Shown: positions 9,431 through 19,082 of the stretch, piece after piece | Numbering within the stretch: position 1 is the first letter of the stretch | Layout of the letters: each line of letters begins with the position of its first letter | DNA from: a virus | Taxonomy: Duplodnaviria > Caudoviricetes | Length of the DNA stretch: 55,595 bases | IMG/VR virus record: IMGVR_UViG_3300004807_000027 | Span: 1 to 55,595 of that record | Strand: one strand, 5' to 3' | Notes under the pieces: generated by a model | Databases searched by the model: none | Seen by the model: only the letters and a program-made list of their open reading frames with translations | Told to the model about the DNA's origin: nothing | Position numbers and translations under genes: made by a program

Positions 9431-11482
9431 ATGAAACTTTATAATAGTATATATCTAGGTATAGTAGTACAAAACAATGACCCTGATTATAGAGGCAGAA
9501 TAAAGGTATGGGTACCACATGTTAATGCATCTATATATAATAAGTGGGCAGCTTTAAAGCAAGACCGTACTTTTAAGTTTCCCGGTACTAATATAAATTC
9601 TGATTTAAATTTGGTTTTAGACTCGGTTAAAGACAATTTACCTTGGGCAGAATGTGTGAGTCCAGTGGCTGGTCAAAGTGCTACAGGCTATTATAATGCC
9701 TATGATACCAAAGCAACTGTTTCAGACGCTGCATATCCTTATAGTTTGTCTGGAGCTAATTACTCTAACAACTACCCTCAGTTTAATTTAAATAGCGAAG
9801 GTGTTGGGGAAAAACCTGGCTTTGTATATGAAAAGTACAGTAATAAGTTAACTGATGCTTTTACTAGTACGAGTGTTTACAATACAAATAAAGTCAACCA
9901 AAATGGCGCACAGTACCGTCCTTCCACGTATTCAAATGCCGCAAAGGGTATATTTTCTATACCTAATGTAGGTTCTCATGTGTGGGTGTTTTTTAGAGAT
10001 GGGGTACCGCAATACCCTGTATACATTGGTACATCTTTAGGTCAAGAAGATTTTGCAAGTATTTTTAGTTCGGATGATGGTACATATCAAGACTACCCGC
10101 AAACATTTGAAAACGTTAATAGTAACATAAAGCCAGACAAAGATACTAATACTGTTACCTATCGTAACAAAATGGTATTAAATCAGCGCGGGGCTGCAAT
10201 AGAAATTATTAACACTACTGATAGAGAATCATTTAAAGTTACGCATTTTGCAGGTGGTTTCTTAGAGTTTAATAACAAATATAATTCATTGTTTAGCCCT
10301 AAAAATATACAGTATTTAACTTTAGGTGACAAGTTTGAAACAGTTAACGGTCATAATAACTCTTTTGTGGGTAGAGATTTCGATAATATTATTCAAGGAG
10401 ATTACTTTGTAAAAACCGGTAATTTAAATTCTACTGCAATGAACAATTGGTTAAACGCTTACACGCCAATTGCAGCATTTTTAGCCTTAAATGAAGGCAG
10501 TAAATCAGGAAATCTTACAAGTATAGTGCAAGGACAAGCTCCTTTACTAGCTACAGCAGAAGCTGAACTTGGAGAGGGCGGTAACTATATAGAAACAATT
10601 AGTAAACATAAATTAGTTAATGTTGGATTAGTATTTAATAACTTTGCAAGTACTCGGTACAATTACGTACCCAAAACAGTATCTGAATTTAGAAACGCTA
10701 ATTCTACAGGCACAACAATACTAACTGCTGCAATTCCTGCTATAGAATACACTTATATAGATGATATGCCTGGTGGTAATTATACTGTTACTGCTGGTAA
10801 TCGTTATAGTCTATTAGTAGGTGCAAACGGGGTAGACATTAAAACTACAGGGCCAGTTAATGTTGGTGGTTCTATATTAGCAGTAGCCGGTAAGCAAGTT
10901 AATATTGCTTCTAGTGATGATACTAATATTGATGGTGGTACTAATCTTTCTGTTATAGCTAATATAATAGCAATAAGAACCCGCGCTCAGGAACAAGTGC
11001 TTATAGATGATAATTTAGGTATAAGTAAAAATGTTATTATTGGTGGTGGAGCATATATTAACGGAGAAACTTTCCTACAACATGTAACTGCTCCTTACGA
11101 ATTTCAATCAACTGAAACAACTAAGATACAAGCTACAAATGGTACTTGGTCTACAAGTTCGGGAGATGCCCCAAGTAATATAGTGGGTACAATAACAATT
11201 GACCCTACAGGTTCTGGTAATGCACAGCGTGGCACTTCTTACCAAGTTAAATTGGATATAAATGCTGGTACGCTTACTATTAATCAACCACATAATCACG
11301 TGTTTAAAAACTTACCATTAACATTAGTAGGTAATGCTGGAGCAGTAAGCACTGCTGCTGAAGTACTTAATGGCGGAAGTACGTCACAACCTGCTTCTTC
11401 ACCAGATCAAACTTATACATCTCCAAAATATTATAGTCCAACAGAAGCAGTATTTCCAACTTATAACGGACCTGGTACTTGA
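9431..11482 (+). CDS. gp5: baseplate central spike, gp5/VgrG-like (OB fold + beta-helix)
   Basis: YLGIVVQNNDPDYRGRIKVWVP, LPWA, PNVGSHVWVFFRDG..YPVYIG OB-fold motifs; beta-helical repeats; C-terminal HNH. Confidence 0.8.
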   Translation: MKLYNSIYLGIVVQNNDPDYRGRIKVWVPHVNASIYNKWAALKQDRTFKFPGTNINSDLNLVLDSVKDNLPWAECVSPVAGQSATGYYNAYDTKATVSDAAYPYSLSGANYSNNYPQFNLNSEGVGEKPGFVYEKYSNKLTDAFTSTSVYNTNKVNQNGAQYRPSTYSNAAKGIFSIPNVGSHVWVFFRDGVPQYPVYIGTSLGQEDFASIFSSDDGTYQDYPQTFENVNSNIKPDKDTNTVTYRNKMVLNQRGAAIEIINTTDRESFKVTHFAGGFLEFNNKYNSLFSPKNIQYLTLGDKFETVNGHNNSFVGRDFDNIIQGDYFVKTGNLNSTAMNNWLNAYTPIAAFLALNEGSKSGNLTSIVQGQAPLLATAEAELGEGGNYIETISKHKLVNVGLVFNNFASTRYNYVPKTVSEFRNANSTGTTILTAAIPAIEYTYIDDMPGGNYTVTAGNRYSLLVGANGVDIKTTGPVNVGGSILAVAGKQVNIASSDDTNIDGGTNLSVIANIIAIRTRAQEQVLIDDNLGISKNVIIGGGAYINGETFLQHVTAPYEFQSTETTKIQATNGTWSTSSGDAPSNIVGTITIDPTGSGNAQRGTSYQVKLDINAGTLTINQPHNHVFKNLPLTLVGNAGAVSTAAEVLNGGSTSQPASSPDQTYTSPKYYSPTEAVFPTYNGPGT

Positions 11483-11488
11483 GTTAAC

Positions 11489-11516
11489 TTGATTTAACTG
11501 TAAATTCTTCTATAAT
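11489..11516 (+). promoter_or_regulatory. sigma70-like promoter TTGATT-N16-TATAAT
   Basis: Near-consensus hexamers; -10 ends 6 nt before ATG 11523. Confidence 0.7.
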
Positions 11517-11522
11517 ATCATT

Positions 11523-12782
11523 ATGGAAGAAACTATTTTTATCCAGATTGCTGCGTATAGAGATCCAGAACTTATACCCACTGTAAAGGATTGTATTGCA
11601 AAAGCAGCAAAACCTGAACGTTTACATTTCTGTATTGGGTGGCAGCATACAGAAGAAGAACGTATTGACGAGATTAAAGACTTACCAAATATAAAAATAG
11701 TAGATGTACACTATTTAGACACTAAAGGTGCTTGTTGGATAAGAAGAAAAATACAAGACCAATACGACGGAGAAACATATACTTTACAGTTAGATTCTCA
11801 TCATAGGTTTATACAGGATTGGGATGAAGAGTGCATTAAAATGCTTAAAAGTTTAAAGAACAAAAAAGTAAAAAAACCACTCTTGACCGCCTATCTTACC
11901 AGTTATGAACCAAGTAACGATCCAGACGGTAGATTACATGCCCCTTGGCAAATTAATTATGATAGATTTATGCCAGAAGGGCCTGTATTTTTACGCCCAT
12001 CCGAATTAAAGAACTGGGAACAATTAGTAGCTCCTGCACCAGCTCGTGGCTTGTCGGCTCATTTTATTTTTACGTACGGTAAGTGGTGTAAAGAAGTACC
12101 ATATGATCCGGAGTTATATTTTCATGGGGAAGAAATATCATTAGCTGTACGTTCTTACACACACGGTTACGATTTATTTCATCCTCATAAAATATTAATG
12201 TGGCATCAATATACAAGAGCAGGTCAAAAAAAGCACTGGGACGACTCTAAAAATTGGGATGAATTGAATAAAATTAGTTACAAAAGAGTAAAAATACTAT
12301 TCGGGGTTGATGAAGAAGATCCAAAACAAATAGATTTTAAAGAGTGCGGGTTTGGTAAAGTAAGAACCGTTCAAGACTTTGAGCGCTATGCCGGAGTAGA
12401 GTTTAAAACTCGCAGATTTCACAAGAATACTATTGCAGAAATACTGCCACCTATTAATTGCACTACAGAGGAACAGTTTCAAAGTGAACTTTGCAACAGA
12501 TTTAAGTACTGTATTGATGTTTATAAACCAGAATTTGCAGAAAATGATTACGATTTCTGGTGCGTAGTGTTTAAAGATAAGGATAACAAAGACTTATACC
12601 GAAAAGACGCTGACGTAAGTGAAATTCATACAGTTATGAACTCAGATGCTAATGATAAATTCATTCATATATGGAGAGAATTTGATACTGACGTAAAACC
12701 TGCTAAATGGACAATATGGCCTCACAGCAAATCTAAAGAATGGAATACAAAAGTAATAGAAAACACAATAAATTACCTATGA
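11523..12782 (+). CDS. GT60-like GlcNAc transferase (Skp1-hydroxyproline GlcNAc-T family)
   Basis: TIFIQIAAYRD, LQLDSHHRF..WD, PYDP..YFHGEEI, SYTHGYDLFHP motifs. Confidence 0.85.
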   Translation: MEETIFIQIAAYRDPELIPTVKDCIAKAAKPERLHFCIGWQHTEEERIDEIKDLPNIKIVDVHYLDTKGACWIRRKIQDQYDGETYTLQLDSHHRFIQDWDEECIKMLKSLKNKKVKKPLLTAYLTSYEPSNDPDGRLHAPWQINYDRFMPEGPVFLRPSELKNWEQLVAPAPARGLSAHFIFTYGKWCKEVPYDPELYFHGEEISLAVRSYTHGYDLFHPHKILMWHQYTRAGQKKHWDDSKNWDELNKISYKRVKILFGVDEEDPKQIDFKECGFGKVRTVQDFERYAGVEFKTRRFHKNTIAEILPPINCTTEEQFQSELCNRFKYCIDVYKPEFAENDYDFWCVVFKDKDNKDLYRKDADVSEIHTVMNSDANDKFIHIWREFDTDVKPAKWTIWPHSKSKEWNTKVIENTINYL

Positions 12783-14011
12783 GCGAAACAATTTTTATAC
12801 AAATAGCTTCGTATAGGGACTCTCAATTAGTTCCTACCGTAAAAGACTGCATAGAAAAAGCAAAATACCCAGAAAATTTAGTGTTTTGCATAGCTTGGCA
12901 GCATGATGATGAGGAAAATATCGATGAAATTAAAAAATTACCCAATGTAAAGATAATTGATATACCTTATAAAATGACTTTAGGTACTTGCTGGGCTAGA
13001 AATCAAATACAACAGCATTACAACGGGGAAACCTATACATTTCAACTAGATTCTCACCATCGTTTTGTAGAAAATTGGGATGAAGTATGTATAAAAATGA
13101 TAAAGCAGTTACAAGCTAAGGGACATGCAAAACCTTTACTAACCGGCTATATATCTAGCTTTAATCCAGCTAATGACCCTGCAGAACGTCTTATGGTTCC
13201 TCAAAAAATGAACTTTGACCGGTTTATACCTGAGGGAGCAGTGTTCTTCTCTCAAGCATTTATTGAGAATCCTGAAAAACTAACAGAGCCTATACCGTCT
13301 AGATGGTACTCAGCCCACTTTTGCTTTACCTTAGGTCAGTTCTGTATAGAGGTACAACACGACCCCAACTATTTGTTCCATGGAGAAGAGATTAGCATTG
13401 CAGCTCGTGCATATACTTGGGGGTATGACTTGTTTCACCCGCATGTATTAGTAGCTTGGCACGAATACACGCGTAGTTATAGAAGAAAGTCATGGGATGA
13501 CGACCCTACTTGGTGGAAAAAGAACGAAACCTCTCATAAACGTAACCGTAAGTTGTTTGAAATGGATGGGGAGGTAAAGGATATTGATTTCGGTAAGTAT
13601 GACTTTGGTAAAATACGTACATTACATGATTATGAACAGTATGCTGGTATAAGTTTCAAGTTACGTGGGGTACAACAGTATACTTTAGATGAGAAACTAC
13701 CACCAAACCCACCTGTTGATGATTGGGAAGCATCTATATGCCGTATTTTTAAGCACTGTATTGATATTGGCTTTGATCGTATGCCAGAACCAGATTATGA
13801 CTTCTGGTGTGTAGCGTTTAAAGACAAAGATGGTAAAGATCTATATAGAAAAGACGCGGATAAGGCAGAAATCGATAATTTAAGTAAAGATAAAGATAGA
13901 TACTTTAAAATATGGAGAACTTTTAATACTCCTTCTAAGCCATGTAGCTGGATAGTGTGGCCGCACAGTATAAGTAAGGGATGGTGTGAGCCAATCACCG
14001 GAAATCTATGA
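12779..14011 (+). CDS. GT60-like GlcNAc transferase, tandem paralogue
   Basis: Same motifs (TIFIQIASYRD, QLDSHHRF, FHGEEI); start at the ATGA overlap with the previous stop. Confidence 0.85.
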   Translation: MSETIFIQIASYRDSQLVPTVKDCIEKAKYPENLVFCIAWQHDDEENIDEIKKLPNVKIIDIPYKMTLGTCWARNQIQQHYNGETYTFQLDSHHRFVENWDEVCIKMIKQLQAKGHAKPLLTGYISSFNPANDPAERLMVPQKMNFDRFIPEGAVFFSQAFIENPEKLTEPIPSRWYSAHFCFTLGQFCIEVQHDPNYLFHGEEISIAARAYTWGYDLFHPHVLVAWHEYTRSYRRKSWDDDPTWWKKNETSHKRNRKLFEMDGEVKDIDFGKYDFGKIRTLHDYEQYAGISFKLRGVQQYTLDEKLPPNPPVDDWEASICRIFKHCIDIGFDRMPEPDYDFWCVAFKDKDGKDLYRKDADKAEIDNLSKDKDRYFKIWRTFNTPSKPCSWIVWPHSISKGWCEPITGNL

Positions 14012-14883
14012 AAACTCTCTTTGTAACTTGTTATTATGGTAAACTAGCGGGAACCAAGTTTGGTGGTCGCTCTGGTAGAGAAGAAAACTACCTGCAATCG
14101 TTTGTTTCCTTATCTAAAATGCCAGCAGACTTTGTAATATACACTTCTGCTGAAGAAAAACCTAAGTTAGAGAAATTTATTAAGGAGAATATCACTACCA
14201 ACAATAAAATTACTATAATTGAGTATAATTTAGAGAATTTTGAGTTACATAAGAAAATTAACGGTATTTTAGGTGGTTTTAACAACCTTTTAACCGATAG
14301 ATGCTTTGAAATTCAGTACAATAAGCTGTACTGGTTACAAAACCATATTAACGAAGACTATGATACGATTTATTGGATTGATATGGGTCTTTCTCATCTA
14401 GGCTTGTGGCCACAAAAGTTTACCTTTGGTCATGATTGGTATACAAAACAGTTTTATTTTAATATCTTTAATGAAAAGGTACTTAACAATTTAAATGCAG
14501 CAGTAACAAGTAAAAATAAGATATTTATTATTGCTTTAGATATGATTAAGAATAGAGGCTATCAAGTACCGGAGCTTAAGTACTACGGTTCTAATAGTGA
14601 TAAAGCCGGTCAAATACATGTTGTTGGTGGTTGGTTCGGTGGTCCAAAAGCGCAGCTACAAAAGGTAATAGAAGATTTTAAACTTAAAGCTAATACTATC
14701 TTAAACTCAGGTGTATTATATACAGAAGAACAAGTACTTTCTGTTGTAGCAACAGAACATCCTGAAGATTATATGCCTGAATTGTTTGAAAACTGGTACC
14801 ATGAAGATAGTACTGGTTTTGAACATTACTTAAAAGAGTTTAAAGTCTCTTTCTATCATATATTTGAAAAGTATAATGGATAA
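14008..14883 (+). CDS. HtrL/YibB-like glycosyltransferase
   Basis: YWIDMG, GGWFGG, TEEQV motifs. Confidence 0.6.
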   Translation: MKTLFVTCYYGKLAGTKFGGRSGREENYLQSFVSLSKMPADFVIYTSAEEKPKLEKFIKENITTNNKITIIEYNLENFELHKKINGILGGFNNLLTDRCFEIQYNKLYWLQNHINEDYDTIYWIDMGLSHLGLWPQKFTFGHDWYTKQFYFNIFNEKVLNNLNAAVTSKNKIFIIALDMIKNRGYQVPELKYYGSNSDKAGQIHVVGGWFGGPKAQLQKVIEDFKLKANTILNSGVLYTEEQVLSVVATEHPEDYMPELFENWYHEDSTGFEHYLKEFKVSFYHIFEKYNG

Positions 14884-16477
14884 AAAGTTTATAGTCTCAA
14901 TTTATGGCTCCCACAACGCGGCTATAGCTTTTTACTACGACGGTAAAATAGACGTCTATGAAGTAGAAAGATACCTTAATTACAAGAACTCTGGACTTGC
15001 TCAATACAAGTTCGTGTGGCCTACTGATGTCTATATTGATCTTATTATTAAGGATTACAAACAACGTAATAATATTACAGAGGTACCCGACCTATTAATA
15101 TGGAACAGAACTGATTGCTTACATGATGACGTAAAGCGTATGTTTCATGAAGCAATTGAATCTAAAGAAAAGAAGATGGGGGCATGGCATCACCGGTCTC
15201 ATGCTTCTGGTACCTTCTATCAATCTCCGTTTAATAGTGCTTTAATAGTATCTTTTGACGGTGGCGGGGAAGATGGTTTCTTTAACATTTATACTGCTAC
15301 AAGAGCTGAAGGATGTGTGCCGGTATATGACACAAAAGTAGATCTTGGCTTTGCTTACATGATTATGGGCCAGTACATGAATGACATAAAAATGGAAGGT
15401 TCTTTAAGCGATGGTAATCTTGTGTATTCTGGCAAATTAATGGGGTTAACCGGGTATGGCACTGTTAGACAAGAGTGGATACCTGCTTTTAAAGAGTTTT
15501 ACTACAGTAAACCGGATGGTATTAACTATCAAGAAAAGCTTAAAGAATTGTCAGATAAAACTGGTTTGGCTTTTAATTTGAGTAATCGGTTTAAAGATAA
15601 ACTAGCTTATGATATTGCTGCTACTCATCAGCAAGCTTTTGAAGATATATTCTTTGAAATATTTGATCCTATAGCTAAGCAATACCCGGATTTACCTATT
15701 TGTACAACAGGCGGGTGTGCTCTTAACGTATTACTTAATACTAACATTAAAAAGCGTTATAACCGGGATATGTACGTGGCATCCAACTCTAATGACTGTG
15801 GTCAAGCAATAGGTATGTTGTTTGAGTATATTAAACCAGAATACCAAGTGGATGTATCAAGAAACGGTGTACCTATATTGGATTACGGTTCAATTGGAGA
15901 GTACTTGTATGACCATAGTAATGCATCTGATATTAGTAAGGTTACAATACCTGCTGCAGTGGATTTATTACGTAAAGGAAAAATTATCGGGGTAATGAGA
16001 GGCTTGAGTGAACACGGACCAAGAGCACTAGGCCATAGAAGTATTATATGCGATCCCGGTATAGAGAACATGAAAGACATACTCAATGCTAAAGTAAAAA
16101 ATAGAGAGTGGTATAGACCGTTTGCACCTGTATGTCCAGCAGATACAGCCAACACTTATTTTAATGTTATTGAAAATTCTCCTTATATGTCGTTTGCATT
16201 TGATGTGAGAGAAGAATGGAAAAGTAAGCTAGTATCTGTAACTCATATCGATGGTACAGCTCGAGTGCAAACACTTAAGCAAGAAGAAGATGAGTGGCTA
16301 TATGATCTATTAAAAGCCTTTGGTAAAGAGTCTGGTTATGAAGTACTACTTAATACTAGCTTTAATGTAGCAGGTAAACCTATATTAACTACAGTAAAAG
16401 ATGCCTTTAAAGTATATGACAATACAAAACTTGATTGTCTTATTATTGAAGATAATTTAATTGTAAAACGATTCTAA
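14876..16477 (+). CDS. carbamoyltransferase, NodU/CmcH family
   Basis: HNAA, ERY, HHRSHA, DGGGE, GKLMGL, GGCALN, EHGPRALGHRS, KNREWYRPFAP, HIDGTARVQT, LNTSFN. Confidence 0.93.
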   Translation: MDKKFIVSIYGSHNAAIAFYYDGKIDVYEVERYLNYKNSGLAQYKFVWPTDVYIDLIIKDYKQRNNITEVPDLLIWNRTDCLHDDVKRMFHEAIESKEKKMGAWHHRSHASGTFYQSPFNSALIVSFDGGGEDGFFNIYTATRAEGCVPVYDTKVDLGFAYMIMGQYMNDIKMEGSLSDGNLVYSGKLMGLTGYGTVRQEWIPAFKEFYYSKPDGINYQEKLKELSDKTGLAFNLSNRFKDKLAYDIAATHQQAFEDIFFEIFDPIAKQYPDLPICTTGGCALNVLLNTNIKKRYNRDMYVASNSNDCGQAIGMLFEYIKPEYQVDVSRNGVPILDYGSIGEYLYDHSNASDISKVTIPAAVDLLRKGKIIGVMRGLSEHGPRALGHRSIICDPGIENMKDILNAKVKNREWYRPFAPVCPADTANTYFNVIENSPYMSFAFDVREEWKSKLVSVTHIDGTARVQTLKQEEDEWLYDLLKAFGKESGYEVLLNTSFNVAGKPILTTVKDAFKVYDNTKLDCLIIEDNLIVKRF

Positions 16478-18171
16478 TGAGCAATAATTTAACAGTTGTA
16501 ACAGGTATTTGGGACTTAAGAAGAGATCAAGCCGGAGAGGGCTTCAAAAGACCTTTCCAGCATTATATTGATAACTTTGTAAAGTTCTTACAGACCGATG
16601 TTAATATGGTCATTTATATTGAAAAACAGTATGAACATATTGTTTGGGAAAATAGAAGGGACCATAACACAAGAGTGTTCATTAAAGAGGTTGAAGAATT
16701 TAAAACCAAGTTTGACTTCTACGAACAAATACAAAAAATACGTAAAGATGAAAATTGGTTAAAACAAGCTGATTGGTTACGTAATAGTACTCAAGCAACA
16801 TTAGAGATGTATAACCCTATGGTTATGTCTAAAATGTTTATGGTACACGATGCTGTATGTTATAACCCTTTTAATACAGATTACTTTATATGGATAGATG
16901 GTGGTATAACTAACACCGTACATGCCGGTTATTTTACTCACGATAAAATTCTAAATAAAATACAACCGTATTTAAAGAGCTTTTTATTTTTATCCTTTCC
17001 TTATGAAGGCAATAGCGAAATACACGGTTTTGCTCGAGAAGGAATGAACAAGTTTGCAAAAGCTCAGGAAGTAAAATATGTATGTAGAGCTGGATTGTTT
17101 GGTGGGCATAAAGATGTAATTAAACATGCTAATGGTATGTACTATCACTTGTTACGGATGTCTCTTGAGCAAGGGTACATGGGTACAGAAGAAAGCATCT
17201 TTACTATTATGTCTTATCTAGAACCGGAAGTTTTTAATCGGTTTATGATAGAGGGTAATGGTTTAATTAACTACTTTGCAGAGCAACTTAAAAACGATAA
17301 CATTGTATTAGATAAACCCGAGATAACAGTAAAAACAAAAGAGAACAAAATAGTAGATCTTAACAAGACTATTACTGCTCTTTACATTATAACGTTTAAT
17401 GCCCCAGAGCAATTCCAAACCATAGTAGAAAGTTATTTAACTCAACCTGGCTTTATTACTAATACTAAAAACTATTTGTTAGATAATAGTACGGATTTGG
17501 AAACAACCCCTAGATACTTAGAGTTATGCGAAAAGTATAATTTTACACATATTAAGAAGGAAAACCTTGGTATTTGTGGTGGAAGACAGTTTATTGCAGA
17601 GCATTTCAAAGAAACCAATCACGATTTTTATATCTTTTTAGAAGATGATATGCTCTTAAAAGATAATTCTTTTGAACTATGTGATAACGGCTTCCAAGGT
17701 TATGTACCTAATTTATATAATAAAGTACATAAAATTATGATTGCTAACAATTATGACTTTATTAAGTTTAGCTTTACTGAATTTTACGGTAACAACTCAA
17801 AGCAATGGGCATGGTACAATGTACCTCAAAATCTTAGAGAAAAGTTTTGGCCAGAAAAACCAAACTTACCTACAGAAGGCTTAGATCCAGAATCTCCGGA
17901 AACCAAATTTAACAATATACGTAGTCTTGAAGGGCTGCCGTATGCAGATGGAGAGATATATTACTGCAACTGGCCTCAATTAGTTTCAAGAGAGGGCAAC
18001 CAAAAAATGTTCTTAGATACTACTTGGGTACGTCCATTTGAGCAAACATGGATGTCTCATATGTATCAATTAACAGTTAAAGGATTATTAAGGGGAGCGC
18101 TATTACTAGCCTCCCCTATTAATCATAACAGGTTTAAGTTTTACCCCGGGGATTTGAGGAAAGAGAGTTAA
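16477..18171 (+). CDS. HtrL/YibB-like domain fused to a GT-A (GT2-like) domain
   Basis: N-terminal LTVVTGIWDL, FIWIDGG, GLFGG, GTEESIF; C-terminal LDNS, ENLGICGGR, FLEDD. Confidence 0.65.
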   Translation: MSNNLTVVTGIWDLRRDQAGEGFKRPFQHYIDNFVKFLQTDVNMVIYIEKQYEHIVWENRRDHNTRVFIKEVEEFKTKFDFYEQIQKIRKDENWLKQADWLRNSTQATLEMYNPMVMSKMFMVHDAVCYNPFNTDYFIWIDGGITNTVHAGYFTHDKILNKIQPYLKSFLFLSFPYEGNSEIHGFAREGMNKFAKAQEVKYVCRAGLFGGHKDVIKHANGMYYHLLRMSLEQGYMGTEESIFTIMSYLEPEVFNRFMIEGNGLINYFAEQLKNDNIVLDKPEITVKTKENKIVDLNKTITALYIITFNAPEQFQTIVESYLTQPGFITNTKNYLLDNSTDLETTPRYLELCEKYNFTHIKKENLGICGGRQFIAEHFKETNHDFYIFLEDDMLLKDNSFELCDNGFQGYVPNLYNKVHKIMIANNYDFIKFSFTEFYGNNSKQWAWYNVPQNLREKFWPEKPNLPTEGLDPESPETKFNNIRSLEGLPYADGEIYYCNWPQLVSREGNQKMFLDTTWVRPFEQTWMSHMYQLTVKGLLRGALLLASPINHNRFKFYPGDLRKES

Positions 18172-18280
18172 CTTTCTTTTCCTTTTTGGGCTTATCCTTT
18201 TTAAAGATATTATCCCAATTATCAGCATATACCTGTTGAGATACTGAATATGGGCGTGGTTTTGAACCTTTACCGGACAT
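18134..18280 (-). CDS. 48-aa small basic phage protein (GKGSKPRP...NWDNIF type), absent from the ORF track
   Basis: MSGKGSKPRPYSVSQQVYADNWDNIFKKDKPKKEKKVNSLSSNPRGKT*; ATG lies 1 nt after the upstream stop. Confidence 0.7.
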   Translation of the reverse strand: MSGKGSKPRPYSVSQQVYADNWDNIFKKDKPKKEKKVNSLSSNPRGKT

Positions 18281-18281
18281 A

Positions 18282-18761
18282 TTAGCTTTTTGGTAAAACG
18301 TTATTAGTTGTAACGACTAGTACAGGCTCTTTAGTTTTTACTGATATATTATAAGGCTTAAAGAACTTGTTGCTAACATTTGCTAAAGCTTGACCAATAG
18401 AAGATACAGGATATTTGTTACCTTTCTTAGAAGCATTAAAGTTATATGCACTCTTTTTAATACCATCCATTACAGCAGTCACATCTTCATCTTCTGGTAT
18501 TTGCAAGACCCAGCCAACTAAGTCTTTAGTAATAAGACCGGTGGTATCAGAAACAACAATTACGTATTGCTTTTTTACTTTTGGTGCTTCATCGCCTTCT
18601 GAATCAGTACCGGTATCTTCGGCAACTTCGGATGTTTCATTAAGAGCTACAGTTGCTTCATTTAAAGCAGCAAGCACTTGTTCAATGACTTCTTTATCTT
18701 GAACGATTTGTTCAAGGGCGTGTTTGACCGTATCAAGTTGGACGTATTCTTCTTTGCTCAT
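18282..18761 (-). CDS. hypothetical protein (start MSKEEY)
   Basis: Clean ORF; promoter TTGATT-N16-TAACAT upstream supports the shorter start. Confidence 0.7.
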   Translation of the reverse strand: MSKEEYVQLDTVKHALEQIVQDKEVIEQVLAALNEATVALNETSEVAEDTGTDSEGDEAPKVKKQYVIVVSDTTGLITKDLVGWVLQIPEDEDVTAVMDGIKKSAYNFNASKKGNKYPVSSIGQALANVSNKFFKPYNISVKTKEPVLVVTTNNVLPKS

Positions 18762-18771
18762 ATTGTTGTAT

Positions 18772-18799
18772 ATGTTATATGTTATTTTAAATAAATCAA
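18772..18799 (-). promoter_or_regulatory. sigma70-like promoter TTGATT-N16-TAACAT
   Basis: Same architecture as the promoter at 11489. Confidence 0.55.
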
Positions 18800-18821
18800 G
18801 TAAGTATAGTAAACGAATCTT

Positions 18822-19058
18822 ATGAAATTTCAAGCTTTAATGGAAAACTATGGTATGTTAAAACAGGAAAAAAGACTGTTTTATCCACGTAATTTTAACT
18901 TATCCGAAAAGTTCTTAAAAGCTCTTAAAGAAGAACTTCTATTACAAGAACAATCCGGAATCGTACCAGAGAAGTTTGCACAAAAACTAAACAGAGCTTT
19001 ACAGTTTCATATAACTGAGCATAAAAGTCAAGCTTTAAAAAAGAAGACAGTTGCATAA
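18822..19058 (+). CDS. hypothetical protein
   Basis: ORF preceded by TAAGTA at 18801. Confidence 0.6.
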   Translation: MKFQALMENYGMLKQEKRLFYPRNFNLSEKFLKALKEELLLQEQSGIVPEKFAQKLNRALQFHITEHKSQALKKKTVA

Positions 19059-19082
19059 AGATAAAAGTTTTTAAGTATTTGT

